Origin: Methylotenera sp.
Lineage (GTDB): Bacteria; Pseudomonadota; Gammaproteobacteria; Burkholderiales; Methylophilaceae
DNA: 64,000 nt
Reading direction: 5' to 3'
NCBI RefSeq assembly: GCF_029945535.1
Contig: NZ_JAQSCU010000018.1
Coordinates: 117,340-181,339, forward strand
Shown: one piece after another, positions 1 through 10,437 of the stretch
Position numbering within the stretch: the stretch's first letter is position 1
Layout: every line of letters starts with the position of its first letter
The notes under the pieces: generated by a model
What the model was told of the DNA's origin: nothing
The model's database searches: none
What the model saw: the letters and a program-made list of their open reading frames with translations, nothing else
Position numbers and translations under genes: made by a program

Positions 1-926
1 GGTGAATGGGCAATCGCATAAGCCACTTTACGACATTCAGCTTCATCACGACCTCCTTCAATTTTCACGGTCATGAATTTAGTTGCGCCTTCGCCATCAC
101 GCACAATGGCTTGGGCTAACTCAATAGCCACATCACTCATCGCATCACGCAGAGCAATAAAATCTGAGCTACCTTCGTTAATTTCTGTATTGCCAGCCAG
201 ATTAGTTGCCATCAAAATCAAGCTGTCATTAGTCGACGTATCGCCGTCCACCGTAATACAGTTAAATGATTTATTCACGGCATATTGAATTATGCTTTCA
301 AGCGCAGACTGGCTCACAGCAGCATCGGTCGCAATATAACCCAACATAGTCGCCATGTTCGGATGAATCATGCCAGAACCCTTGCTGATGCCCGTAATTG
401 TGACTGTTTTGCCGCCAAGCTGAATTTGACGCGATGTGCCCTTGGCAACAATATCCGTTGTCATAATCGCTTCAGCCGCATTCAGCCAATTATCTTCTTT
501 TAGATTGGCTATCGCCGCTGGTAAGCCTGCAACGACTTTATCGACGGGTAACGGCTCTAAAATTACGCCGGTTGAGAATGGTAATATTTGGTTGGCTTGC
601 AAATTTAGTAATCCGGCTAATGCTACACAAGTTTGTTTTGCCCGATTCAAGCCTTCTTCACCAGTACCTGCATTTGCGTTGCCTGTATTCACTAACAAAG
701 CGCGTATACCTGACTTTTGCGCAATAAAGTCTTTACACAAAATCACCGGTGCAGCACAGAACTGATTTAAGGTAAATACACCAGCCACTTTGCTACCTTC
801 AACCAAAGTCATCACTAGTACATCCTTACGGTTTGGTTTACGCACATGCGCTTCTGCAAAACCTAATTGAACGCCTTTAACTGGCAAGAGTGATGCGGCT
901 TCTGGAGAGTTTAATTTAACGGGCAT
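1..926 (-). CDS. argJ: Bifunctional ornithine acetyltransferase/N-acetylglutamate synthase ArgJ, N-terminal ~308 codons (C-terminus lies beyond the window start)
   Basis: Not in the ORF track because it runs off the edge. My translation from the ATG at 926 gives [41 protein letters not shown]...[15 protein letters not shown]. In frame further on is [15 protein letters not shown], which contains the ArgJ self-cleavage ATML site. Confidence 0.85.
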   Translation of the reverse strand, partial: MPVKLNSPEAASLLPVKGVQLGFAEAHVRKPNRKDVLVMTLVEGSKVAGVFTLNQFCAAPVILCKDFIAQKSGIRALLVNTGNANAGTGEEGLNRAKQTCVALAGLLNLQANQILPFSTGVILEPLPVDKVVAGLPAAIANLKEDNWLNAAEAIMTTDIVAKGTSRQIQLGGKTVTITGISKGSGMIHPNMATMLGYIATDAAVSQSALESIIQYAVNKSFNCITVDGDTSTNDSLILMATNLAGNTEINEGSSDFIALRDAMSDVAIELAQAIVRDGEGATKFMTVKIEGGRDEAECRKVAYAIAHS

Positions 927-1031
927 AGCAATTTTCCATAATGATCAATGTGAATATTTTAACGTATTAGTGAGTTTGTACTGAATATATCAGGCAAGAT
1001 TTTGAGTATATAAAACTTTAATGAATGAAAC

Positions 1032-2684
1032 TCAAAGCCCAATAGCTTCTTGTGATTCAGACTGATATCGCTCTACGCGATTCCGACCTAAGCGCTTGGC
1101 TTGCAACAATGCATTGTCTGCAGCTTCAATAATCTCAAAAACACTACCTAAGTCAGGATAAGAAGCTGTTCCTGCACTAAATGTAGCGTGAATGACGCCG
1201 CCTGCATAGTGATGTGTGAAGCGTGCAAAATCTTGTCTAATTTTGTCAATAATGACTGCAGCTTGGCTGGCATCAACACCTGGCAAACCAATAATATATT
1301 CTTCACCGCCATAGCGCCCAATCAGGTCAATTGAGCGCAAACGCCCTTTGAGTAAATAAGCCAAGGTGCGTATCACCAAATCACCTACGGGATGCCCATA
1401 GGCGTCATTGATGGATTTAAAATGGTCAATATCGAGCATGACTATCGCCATTTCCTGGCCTAGCGGCAAATCACGCAACATCGAGGCCAATTTAGTCTTG
1501 GAACTTGCATGGTTAAGCAAACCTGTTAAACCGTCCATTTGTGTAGAACGCTGCATCTCGCGAAAGCGTGAAATTTTAGCTTCTACCACTGCGGCTAATA
1601 GCACTGGGTTAAACGGCTTCATTAAAAACTGGTCGCCACCTAGCCTGAGCGCCTCAACTTGCATGCTGACTTCAGTTTCAGCAGATAAATATACAATAGG
1701 AATTGTCGCATAGGCTTCAGTTTGACGTAGTACGCGAGTAGCTTCCACACCATTGAATTTTGGCATGTGCATATCCATCAGAATCAAATCTGGCGTATAT
1801 ATCTCAAGCGCATCAAATAGTTTATCTGGGCTATTAATAGAAAAAGTATCTATGTCATACTGAGCCAGCGTCCTCTCTATCGACGCTAAAGCCACTCTAG
1901 AGTCTTCAACGACCAGCACGTGGCTTTTTTCTTGCGGGGCAGTTTGTACTAAATCTAAGATACGACTGAGTACCATAGTTGAGTGATTTTTAATGGGGAT
2001 AGTCGCATCCACCCCAGCACGCATTAACTTTACAATCGACTCAGGCTTTAATGGTTCGCCCAAATACAGCATCTGGCTAGAGAAAAATTGTTGATGTAAC
2101 TGAGCAATGAGTGCGAGTTGCTGCTCAGTCGCATCACTATTCACACTCATGAAAATAACGGCTAAAGGCGCGCTGTCGATTGCAGGCTGATCTTCCCAAG
2201 CAATAATTTCAATCTTAAAGCCAAAAAAAGATAATTGTGTTTTGAGTTCATTCGCAACATCAAAACCGTGATTGTCGGCCACCACTAAGACATTGCGCGG
2301 CTTTATCCATTGATCATCTTTAGCATCAATATACGCTTTACTGTGCCAACCCTCTTGATGGCGACAGGCTTCTTGCGACAAGAACATTGATTCAACCGTG
2401 CTATTGAGCGTGTCAATTTTCTTTTGTATGCTTTCTTGATCGTCATTTGAGATTGGATGCGCACTCTCAGTAGAAAGCTTGGCGAAAGCTTCACTTTCAA
2501 GCCCTTCACACAAGCGTACTAAGCCAGACATGCGTAATCGATTAAAGCTATCCACCAAGCTATTAACCGCTACGATGAACTCAATAGACTGTTCAAACTT
2601 ACCTTCAAGCAGATAGCGCTCCCAGTGACTATTCATCGCTGCAAGACGCTCAGAAAACGAGTCTTTAACTATAGTATCCATCAT
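1032..2684 (-). CDS. Response-regulator diguanylate cyclase (N-terminal helical module, degenerate receiver-like region, REC domain, GGDEF domain)
   Basis: 550-aa ORF. REC signature VLVVEDSRVA...DLILMDMHMPKFNGVEA. GGDEF active site GGEEY preceded by RSID (an RxxD I-site) five residues upstream. Confidence 0.85.
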   Translation of the reverse strand: MMDTIVKDSFSERLAAMNSHWERYLLEGKFEQSIEFIVAVNSLVDSFNRLRMSGLVRLCEGLESEAFAKLSTESAHPISNDDQESIQKKIDTLNSTVESMFLSQEACRHQEGWHSKAYIDAKDDQWIKPRNVLVVADNHGFDVANELKTQLSFFGFKIEIIAWEDQPAIDSAPLAVIFMSVNSDATEQQLALIAQLHQQFFSSQMLYLGEPLKPESIVKLMRAGVDATIPIKNHSTMVLSRILDLVQTAPQEKSHVLVVEDSRVALASIERTLAQYDIDTFSINSPDKLFDALEIYTPDLILMDMHMPKFNGVEATRVLRQTEAYATIPIVYLSAETEVSMQVEALRLGGDQFLMKPFNPVLLAAVVEAKISRFREMQRSTQMDGLTGLLNHASSKTKLASMLRDLPLGQEMAIVMLDIDHFKSINDAYGHPVGDLVIRTLAYLLKGRLRSIDLIGRYGGEEYIIGLPGVDASQAAVIIDKIRQDFARFTHHYAGGVIHATFSAGTASYPDLGSVFEIIEAADNALLQAKRLGRNRVERYQSESQEAIGL

Positions 2685-2784
2685 TAATAACCTTTACGGC
2701 AATTCAGAAACAACGGTGTATTCAAGTGCGAAGCGCAACACCTGATTTATTAAAGTACGCTTTCGCTGAAAGAGAAGCGAGTCC

Positions 2785-4173
2785 TTACAGCTTGCGCCAG
2801 GTTGTACCCTGCGCGGTATCTTCTAACACAACACCTGCATCCAGCAGTTGCTTTCTAATCGCATCGGCTTCAGCAAAATTTTTGTTCTTTTTGGCAGTTA
2901 TTCTAGCCAATATCAATCCGTCTACATCAAGCAGTTGCACATCGTCACCCTGCAAAAATACATCGGCATCACGTTGCAATAATCCCAAAACACCCGCTAG
3001 GTTTTTGAGTAAGGTGGCCACTTCCAATGATTTGGTTTTATTCACTTCATTCGCTAAATCAAACAATACCGCCATTGCTTCTGGCGTATTGAAATCATCA
3101 TCCATCGCTTCTTTAAAGCGTGCTGCATGAGGCTGCTGCCAATCAATCGCAGCCTCACCAACCACATGCCCACGTAAAGACGTATATAAGCGCGTGAGCG
3201 CTAACTTTGCATCATCTAAATGCTGGTCAGAATAGTTAAGCGGACTACGATAGTGGGCGCGCAAAATGAAGAATCTAACCACTTCTGCATCATATTTTTC
3301 CAACACAGTACGTATGGTAAAGAAGTTGCCTAAAGACTTAGACATTTTCTCCTCATCTACCCGCACAAAGCCATTGTGCATCCAGTAATTGACCATTTGG
3401 CAAGGCTCGCCATCATGGCTGTGAGCCGCTTCTGACTGCGCGATTTCATTTTCATGATGCGGAAATTGCAAATCTTGACCGCCGCCATGAATATCAAAAT
3501 GCTCACCAAGGTGATGCGAGCTCATCGCAGAGCATTCAATATGCCAGCCTGGACGACCTTTTCCGCTATTAGGTCCGCCAAAGGGTGAATCCCAGCTTGG
3601 TTCATTTGGCTTAACAGACTTCCATAATACGAAATCCATTGGGTCTTTTTTATGTGTATCGACTTCTACGCGCTCACCTGCACGCAAGTCCTCAAGTGAC
3701 TTGCCTGATAGTTTGCCATAGCCTTCAAAGTTGTTCACTGAATAAAATACATCGCCATTGGCTGCTACGTAGGCAAAGCCTTTTTCAATCAAGGCTGAGA
3801 TCATTTGTATCATGCCATCAATAAATTCAGTGGCTTTGGGCTCAATATCAGGACGAATGATGCCTAGTTTTGCGGAGTCTTCATCCATTGCTTCAATAAA
3901 GCGCTGGGTTAATTGACCTATCGTTTCACCATTCTCATTAGCGCGTTTAATAATCTTGTCATCAATATCTGTAATATTGCGTACATAGGTCACGGCATAA
4001 CCAGAACTGCGCAACCAACGGCTGACCATATCGAATACCACCATGACGCGCGCATGACCCAAATGGCAATAGTCATAGACGGTCATCCCACAGACATACA
4101 TGCTCACTTTTCCAGCGACAATTGGCGTGAATGTTTGCTTTTCACGAGCGAGCGTATTGTAAATTTTTAGCAT
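2785..4173 (-). CDS. cysS: Cysteine--tRNA ligase
   Basis: 462-aa ORF with the class I synthetase HIGH-type motif (CHLGHAR) and KMSKS, and full-length CysS-like layout. Confidence 0.95.
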   Translation of the reverse strand: MLKIYNTLAREKQTFTPIVAGKVSMYVCGMTVYDYCHLGHARVMVVFDMVSRWLRSSGYAVTYVRNITDIDDKIIKRANENGETIGQLTQRFIEAMDEDSAKLGIIRPDIEPKATEFIDGMIQMISALIEKGFAYVAANGDVFYSVNNFEGYGKLSGKSLEDLRAGERVEVDTHKKDPMDFVLWKSVKPNEPSWDSPFGGPNSGKGRPGWHIECSAMSSHHLGEHFDIHGGGQDLQFPHHENEIAQSEAAHSHDGEPCQMVNYWMHNGFVRVDEEKMSKSLGNFFTIRTVLEKYDAEVVRFFILRAHYRSPLNYSDQHLDDAKLALTRLYTSLRGHVVGEAAIDWQQPHAARFKEAMDDDFNTPEAMAVLFDLANEVNKTKSLEVATLLKNLAGVLGLLQRDADVFLQGDDVQLLDVDGLILARITAKKNKNFAEADAIRKQLLDAGVVLEDTAQGTTWRKL

Positions 4174-4348
4174 AATCTGATGGTTAAACGAGAATTAAAA
4201 GAAATTGTTAATGAATAGTTGTTAAGTAAATGAATGATTTAGAAGTTTTTGCTAAATATATGGCAATAATCTCAAATGAGCTATTGGATGTTAGCTAGGC
4301 TATTGATAGAATTACGCTTTGTCATTTAACTAGAAAAAGTATATCACA

Positions 4349-5383
4349 ATGAATAAATATATTTCTTTGCTAAACGCTTTAATCGCACGGTCTTTCTTGG
4401 TAGCCGCCGTGAGTTTATTAGCGCCTGCGGCACACGCAGACGAGCTTAAAGACATTTCACAACTTGCAGATCAAGGTCAATCTGCTGTTGCCATTGACCG
4501 CTTGAACACCTACATTCTTGCCAATCCAAAAAATGCACAGGCATTGTTTATGAAAGGCGTATTACTTGCAGAGCAAGGTCGTCGCGATGAAGCCATTCGC
4601 ACATTTACTGATGTGACTGAAAAATTCCCTAACTTACCTGAGCCATATAACAACTTAGCGGTACTTTACGCTGACCAAGGTCAATTCGATAAAGCTAGAA
4701 AAGCACTTGAGACTGCAATAAAAACGCACCCAAGCTATGCCACAGCGCATGAAAATTTAGGTGATATTTATGCGCGTATGGCATCTGAAGCTTATGACAA
4801 GGCATTGCAGTTAGATACCAGCAATACCCGTGCTGAAGGCAAGTTATCGATGATCAAAGACTTGTTTGGTACAGGTAACAAAACTACGCTTGCGTCTAAA
4901 GAGCCGGTAAAAGTAGCTAATCCTATTCGCCCTGCAGATACAAAACCTGCTGACGTTAAAAAAGTAGCGGTGGCTCCGACAAAAACAGCTGTTGAGCCTG
5001 CTAAAGTAGAACCAACTAAAAATGTTGAGCCTGCCAAAAATAGCGATGCAGATATTACCTCGGCTGTGAATAACTGGGCGCAAGCATGGTCGGCAAAAAA
5101 TCTTGATCAATACTTCGCAAGTTATGGCGCAAGCTTCCAACCAGCAAAAGGTGAAAGCCGCAAAGCTTGGGAACAACAACGTCGCGAGCGTATCACTAGA
5201 CCAGCTAAAATCAATGTGGAAGTGTCTAATGTCAACATCACATCTACTGAGGCCAACAGCGCTAAAGTACGCTTCAAACAGTCATACCGTGCTGATTCTA
5301 AACCGATTTACACCACCAAAACACTGGTGATGAAAAAACAAGGTAACAACTGGTTCATTGAGCAAGAAATTGCTAGCAACTAA
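4349..5383 (+). CDS. Secreted TPR-repeat protein with a C-terminal NTF2-like module shared with the downstream L,D-transpeptidase
   Basis: 344-aa ORF. Signal peptide (LLAPAAHA). TPR-like repeats (ALFMKGVLLAEQGRRDEAI, YNNLAVLYADQGQFDKA, HENLGDIYARMA). Pro/Lys/Ala-rich linker. Confidence 0.75.
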   Translation: MNKYISLLNALIARSFLVAAVSLLAPAAHADELKDISQLADQGQSAVAIDRLNTYILANPKNAQALFMKGVLLAEQGRRDEAIRTFTDVTEKFPNLPEPYNNLAVLYADQGQFDKARKALETAIKTHPSYATAHENLGDIYARMASEAYDKALQLDTSNTRAEGKLSMIKDLFGTGNKTTLASKEPVKVANPIRPADTKPADVKKVAVAPTKTAVEPAKVEPTKNVEPAKNSDADITSAVNNWAQAWSAKNLDQYFASYGASFQPAKGESRKAWEQQRRERITRPAKINVEVSNVNITSTEANSAKVRFKQSYRADSKPIYTTKTLVMKKQGNNWFIEQEIASN

Positions 5384-5410
5384 AACTTAACTGTCACTAG
5401 CTTCAATAAT

Positions 5411-5446
5411 AAAGTTGCATGTCATTAATGACGGCAACTTTATTTT
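5411..5446 (+). terminator. Rho-independent terminator after the TPR gene
   Basis: AAAGTTGC...GCAACTTT stem enclosing the inner GTCATTAATGAC palindrome, followed by ATTTT. Confidence 0.6.
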
Positions 5447-5498
5447 GGCTTTTATAGATGTTGCTTCATTGCAGTTTTATAAGGTAATTTGTTGAGAA

Positions 5499-6725
5499 AT
5501 GGCTCTAAATAAAGGTTTAACATACGTACTATTAGCGGCGATTACTCTTGTGCCGTGGAATGCGACGGCGGTCAATAGCTACAGTTTGAGCAATTTATTG
5601 CATAAACCTGAGTTGCGCTCATTAACTGGACTAGCTGAAAATTTACTGGTAAAAAGTTTGCTGGAGATTACACAAGGCAAAAACCAACAAGCATTAAAGA
5701 CCGTAGATGAGCTCATCCAAAAAATCCCCAACTTCAAACTGGCTTACCTAGTACGTGGCGATTTACTCATGGCTCAAGCGCAGCATTTGCAGGCTTTTGG
5801 TAATGCTAATGTAAATCAAGCCGCAGCAGTTAAAGATTTGCAAGCTGAAGCGCGTGTAAGAATTGAACGTTACTTGTCTAATGAGAATTTAGATAAATTA
5901 CCTAACCTATTACTTGCACCCAATAATCAACAAAGTCATCTGATTGTGGTTGATACCGACAAGTCGCGCTTATATTTGTATAAAAATAACGGCGGCAATT
6001 TGAGTTATGTTGCAGACTATTATGTGACGGTAGGCAAAAATGGCGTTGGCAAACAAACTGAAGGCGACAAGCGCACGCCGATTGGTGTTTATTTTGCCAG
6101 TCAAAAATTAACCAAGCCACTCGCTGATATGTATGGCAATGGCGCATATCCGCTGAACTACCCTAACGAATGGGATATGCAGCACAACAGAAGTGGCTCT
6201 GGCATTTGGCTGCACGGCACACCAAGCACCACCTATAGCCGGCCACCTAATGCAAGTGACGGCTGCGTAGTATTGACCAACCAAGACTTAAATACCATCG
6301 CCCCGATACTGCAAACAGGTAAAACACCTGTGATTATTGCCAATCACTTAAAATGGATAAATGCAGACAACACAAGCGCGGACAAAGAATCGTTACAAAA
6401 AGCGATGAATAGCTGGTTAAACGATTGGAAGTCACAAAACACACCCAAGTATCTTTCGCATTACTCGCAAGCTTTCTCTACCGATGGCATTAACTTCCAG
6501 CAATGGTCGGACCATAAATTCACGGTGCAAGCAAGTAAGCCAAAGGTTGATATTGCATTATCAAACATCAGTATGTTTGCTTACCCAGATGCAGATAAGA
6601 AATTAGTAGTGGTTGATTTTACACAAGACTTTAAAAGCCCGACTTTAAGCAATAAAATGCAAAAACGTCAATACTGGATTAAGGAAGATAACACTTGGAA
6701 AATCATCTACGAAGGTTCGGCTTAA
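5499..6725 (+). CDS. L,D-transpeptidase family protein (YkuD domain)
   Basis: 408-aa ORF with a signal peptide. YkuD catalytic signature GSGIWLHGTP...ASDGCVVL. Confidence 0.85.
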   Translation: MALNKGLTYVLLAAITLVPWNATAVNSYSLSNLLHKPELRSLTGLAENLLVKSLLEITQGKNQQALKTVDELIQKIPNFKLAYLVRGDLLMAQAQHLQAFGNANVNQAAAVKDLQAEARVRIERYLSNENLDKLPNLLLAPNNQQSHLIVVDTDKSRLYLYKNNGGNLSYVADYYVTVGKNGVGKQTEGDKRTPIGVYFASQKLTKPLADMYGNGAYPLNYPNEWDMQHNRSGSGIWLHGTPSTTYSRPPNASDGCVVLTNQDLNTIAPILQTGKTPVIIANHLKWINADNTSADKESLQKAMNSWLNDWKSQNTPKYLSHYSQAFSTDGINFQQWSDHKFTVQASKPKVDIALSNISMFAYPDADKKLVVVDFTQDFKSPTLSNKMQKRQYWIKEDNTWKIIYEGSA

Positions 6726-6774
6726 GTCGCTATTTTAAGTCACTATCACGTTTGCTTTAACCCTAAGGAAATCT

Positions 6775-7368
6775 ATGCGTAAATTTTATGCTGTTGCCAT
6801 ACTTGCAGTTTCTGCGACTCTTGCGTTGCTTAGCGCTCCAGCAATGGCTGCCAACCCTCAAGTCACATTTGAAACGAATCGCGGCAATTTTGTGGTTGAG
6901 CTATACCCGGAAAAAGCGCCTAAAACGGTTGCCAACTTCTTGAAATATGTAAACTCTGGCTTTTACAAAGAAACTATTTTTCACCGAGTCATTAATCGCT
7001 TTATGATACAAGGCGGTGGTTTTAATGCCGACATGTCTGAAAAGCAAACACTTGCCCCCATTAGCAATGAAGCGGATAACGGGCTAAAAAATGAAATTGG
7101 TACAATTGCCATGGCAAGAACCAATGATCCAGATTCGGCAACGGCGCAGTTCTTTATTAATCTTGAGAACAATGTCCCACTCAACTATCAAGGCCCAGAT
7201 CCAGAGCTCATAGGATACTGTGTATTTGGTCGTGTGTTAAAAGGCATGGATGTGGTGCGCGAAATTGGCATTACCCCTACCATAAACGTTGGTCCATATT
7301 ACGACGTTCCAAAATCAGCAATATTAATACACCAAGTTAAAATCAACACTAACGCAACTAACAACTAG
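6775..7368 (+). CDS. ppiA: Periplasmic cyclophilin-type peptidyl-prolyl cis-trans isomerase
   Basis: 197-aa ORF with a signal peptide (APAMA). Cyclophilin motifs [15 protein letters not shown] and IAMARTNDPDSATAQFFIN. Confidence 0.9.
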   Translation: MRKFYAVAILAVSATLALLSAPAMAANPQVTFETNRGNFVVELYPEKAPKTVANFLKYVNSGFYKETIFHRVINRFMIQGGGFNADMSEKQTLAPISNEADNGLKNEIGTIAMARTNDPDSATAQFFINLENNVPLNYQGPDPELIGYCVFGRVLKGMDVVREIGITPTINVGPYYDVPKSAILIHQVKINTNATNN

Positions 7369-7411
7369 GCCTGTATAGGCTTTATTTACACTCTTAAATT
7401 AAGGATATTTT

Positions 7412-7903
7412 GTGGTTAAACTACTTACAAATTTTGGCGAAATTACTTTAGAACTCGACGCAGAAAAAGCACCGATTACCGTTGCAAACTTTTTGCAATA
7501 TGTAGATAACGGCTTTTATGATGGCACAATTTTTCACCGCGTGATTGATGGCTTTATGATTCAAGGCGGTGGTTTTGATACAACAATGAATCAAAAAGAA
7601 TCTGCAGACGAAATTAAGAATGAAGCAGACAATGGTCTAGCCAATGACCAATACACCATTGCGATGGCGCGTACTTCCGCACCGCATTCAGCTAGCAATC
7701 AATTCTTTATTAACGCTGGCAATAATGACTTCCTGAACCATTCAGCACCTACAAGCAGCGGCTGGGGCTACTGCGTTTTCGGTAAAGTCTCAGCAGGTAT
7801 GGATGTTGTGGATAAAATCAAAAAAGTGAAAACTGGCAGCAAAAAAGGCCATCAAGATGTGCCTGTAGAGAATGTCATCATTGAAAAAGCAACACGCTGC
7901 TAA
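7412..7903 (+). CDS. ppiB: Cytoplasmic cyclophilin-type peptidyl-prolyl cis-trans isomerase
   Basis: 163-aa ORF (GTG start) with no signal peptide. Motifs [15 protein letters not shown] and [19 protein letters not shown]. Confidence 0.9.
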   Translation: MVKLLTNFGEITLELDAEKAPITVANFLQYVDNGFYDGTIFHRVIDGFMIQGGGFDTTMNQKESADEIKNEADNGLANDQYTIAMARTSAPHSASNQFFINAGNNDFLNHSAPTSSGWGYCVFGKVSAGMDVVDKIKKVKTGSKKGHQDVPVENVIIEKATRC

Positions 7904-7957
7904 TGCTTGTAGCGTTAAACTGTAATCTAGCAATCATATTGGATTACGCTGTTTAAC

Positions 7958-8740
7958 ATGAAAAATCTTGGGGATAAATCGGACAATCAATTAAGCCAGA
8001 GCTTAATGGGTCACAGCCTGTTTATCTCCGATTTGCATTTATGTGCCAGTCGACCGCACATTACTACGGTGTTTTTAGATTTCCTAAAAGATACTGCGTC
8101 ACAAGCAAGTGCGTTATATATTCTGGGGGATTTGTTTGAATACTGGGCAGGTGATGACGATATTCAAGACGTCCATCATCAGCCAATAATCTCTGCTTTT
8201 AAACATCTTGCTGATGCTGGAACTAAGCTTTACCTCATGCATGGCAATCGCGACTTCTTGATTTCCAGCGAGTTTTGCGATGCTGCAGGAATGACTTTAT
8301 TGCCAGACCCTAGCCTTATCAATCTACATGGCAAAACTGTATTACTGAGTCATGGCGATGATTTATGCACAGATGATGTGGAATATCAGAAGTTCAGATT
8401 ACAAGTGCGTACCGCTAAATGGCAGGAAGATTTTCTGAAATTACCGTTACAAGTCAGAAAAAATCAGATTGAAACTATCCGTATGCGTAGCGAGCATGAA
8501 AAATCACAGAAATCAATGCAGATCATGGATGTTAACCAAGCGGCTGTTGAACACTTATTAACAATTCACCACTATCCTGAGATGCTAATCCACGGTCATA
8601 CACACCGACCTCACGAACATAAAATCCAATTGGATGGTCACAATCTAACAAGGTGGGTATTAGGCGATTGGTATGAACAAGGCAGCTACTTACGTTGTGA
8701 CCAGTTTGGCTGTAAGGTCTTGTCACTACTACAAGAGTGA
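7958..8740 (+). CDS. lpxH: UDP-2,3-diacylglucosamine diphosphatase
   Basis: 260-aa ORF collinear with E. coli LpxH. Metallophosphoesterase motifs ISDLHL, GDLFEYWAGDD, HGNRDF, SHGD, IHGHTHRP. The ppiB-lpxH adjacency is typical. Confidence 0.9.
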   Translation: MKNLGDKSDNQLSQSLMGHSLFISDLHLCASRPHITTVFLDFLKDTASQASALYILGDLFEYWAGDDDIQDVHHQPIISAFKHLADAGTKLYLMHGNRDFLISSEFCDAAGMTLLPDPSLINLHGKTVLLSHGDDLCTDDVEYQKFRLQVRTAKWQEDFLKLPLQVRKNQIETIRMRSEHEKSQKSMQIMDVNQAAVEHLLTIHHYPEMLIHGHTHRPHEHKIQLDGHNLTRWVLGDWYEQGSYLRCDQFGCKVLSLLQE

Positions 8741-8746
8741 CCGCAT

Positions 8747-10378
8747 TTAGGGTTGATAGCCTGGAATCTTAGACTCATCAACTTCATCAATCTGCTCAGG
8801 CTCCAAGAATTGCTGAGCGTATCTCAAGTAAACTTTTTCACGCACAAAAATATCAAATAAATCAGGGTCTATATGATGATCTACTTTCATCTTACCTAAA
8901 ATATATAGTGACTCTGATAGTGTTTTAGCCTTCTTATACGGCCGGTCTTTTGAAGTAAGCGCCTCAAAAATGTCCGCAATCCCCATTACACGTGCAGGCA
9001 CCGACATTTGCTCACGCGTTAACCCTTTTGGGTAACCCCGACCATCCATGCGTTCATGATGTCCGCAGGCGTATTCTGGCACGCGTTTTAAGCCATTTGG
9101 ATAAGGCAAAGAATCCAGCATATGAATAGTCACAACGATATGATTATTAATAATCTCTCGTTCTTCTTTAGTCAGCGTGCCACGTGTAATATTTAGATTG
9201 TAGACTTCATTTTCACTCAAAAATGGCCTTGAGTCGCCATTTGCATCGACTAATTTATTCGCCGCAATATTAACCACTCGCTGCTGATCTTCATCCGTCA
9301 TAGACTCGCTACCGAAATTAGACTTTCTCAGAAACTCCAGATCTTCATCACATTTCTGATTATAAGCTAGCAGTTGAGCATCTAACTCAGCGATATCTTG
9401 GACTTGTCCATTTTTCAATGCTTCAACTTGCTTTTTCAGGATGTCGCACTCAGCTTGTTTCTTAAGCAACTCAAATCGCTGATCGACTAAATCAATCCGG
9501 TCGAATATGCCAGATAACTTAGTTGGCTTATCCATCACAGATTCTGGCGTGGTAACTTTACCGCAATCATGTAGCCAACCAGCAATCTTTAACTCATAAA
9601 ACTCTTTTTCATTGAGTGTAAAGTCTTTAAGAGGGCCTTCTTTAGCATCGATTGCAGCTTGAGCTAACATCAAAGTAAGCTCTGGTACACGTCTACAATG
9701 CCCGCCAGTGTAGGGAGATTTCTGGTCAATGGCTTCCGCCATCAACTCAATAAAGGCCTCGAATAAGCCTTTCAAGCCTTCAATCAAATTCTGGTTGGTC
9801 ATCGCAACCGCAGCTTGTGAAGCTAACGATTCAACCAAGCTTTGATTGGCTTGTGAGAATGGGATAATCTCATGTGTATCAATATCAATCGCATTGATAA
9901 GCTGCAGTACGCCGATGACTTCCGCCTCATGATTTTTCATGGGAATCGTTAAAAATGACTGCGAGTGATAGCCAGTTTTCTCATCAAATTTACGCGTGCC
10001 AGTAAAGTCGAAATTCTGTGCGCTATAGGCGTTTTCAATATTAACGGTTTTATCGTTCACGGTCGCGTATGCTGCCACCGTAGTTAAGTTAGGCCTGCCA
10101 TCGTCTAAATATAAAGGGATAGGCAAAAATGGAATTTCCTTACCTGTCGTACCACCCATCGCAAGCGCTAGGGTTTTATTACGCATGATCTCAAACTTAA
10201 GATGCTTATCATCGGTAATGGTGTACAGCGTGCCACCATCTGCGTTGGTAATTTCCTGCGCGCCTAGTAATATCGTTTCTAAAAGACGTTTATTATCTCG
10301 CTCAGCAGAAAGCGCGACTCCTATCGTATTAAGGCGCTCAAGTCGTTTTAGTAAATAAGGGTGCTGTTGATCCATCAT
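8747..10378 (-). CDS. GAF-domain HD-GYP cyclic-di-GMP phosphodiesterase
   Basis: 543-aa ORF. HD motif (WLHDCGK) and GYP motif (HHERMDGRGYPKG). N-terminal GAF-like region. Confidence 0.85.
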   Translation of the reverse strand: MMDQQHPYLLKRLERLNTIGVALSAERDNKRLLETILLGAQEITNADGGTLYTITDDKHLKFEIMRNKTLALAMGGTTGKEIPFLPIPLYLDDGRPNLTTVAAYATVNDKTVNIENAYSAQNFDFTGTRKFDEKTGYHSQSFLTIPMKNHEAEVIGVLQLINAIDIDTHEIIPFSQANQSLVESLASQAAVAMTNQNLIEGLKGLFEAFIELMAEAIDQKSPYTGGHCRRVPELTLMLAQAAIDAKEGPLKDFTLNEKEFYELKIAGWLHDCGKVTTPESVMDKPTKLSGIFDRIDLVDQRFELLKKQAECDILKKQVEALKNGQVQDIAELDAQLLAYNQKCDEDLEFLRKSNFGSESMTDEDQQRVVNIAANKLVDANGDSRPFLSENEVYNLNITRGTLTKEEREIINNHIVVTIHMLDSLPYPNGLKRVPEYACGHHERMDGRGYPKGLTREQMSVPARVMGIADIFEALTSKDRPYKKAKTLSESLYILGKMKVDHHIDPDLFDIFVREKVYLRYAQQFLEPEQIDEVDESKIPGYQP

Positions 10379-10437
10379 GCTATTGAATTGATCATAAGGC
10401 TTAGGGTAAAGGTGATTTTCATATTGATTAATTCAGA

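Noticed and set aside
1408-1713. Assorted 60-170-aa ORFs antisense to long genes. Examples: 1408-1713, 2726-3130, 11221-11697, 21136-21603, 34337-34990, 43308-43823, 53209-53556.
   Set aside because: Each lies wholly inside a much longer opposite-strand gene with strong family motifs. They show no start signals or recognisable domains and are typical shadow ORFs.
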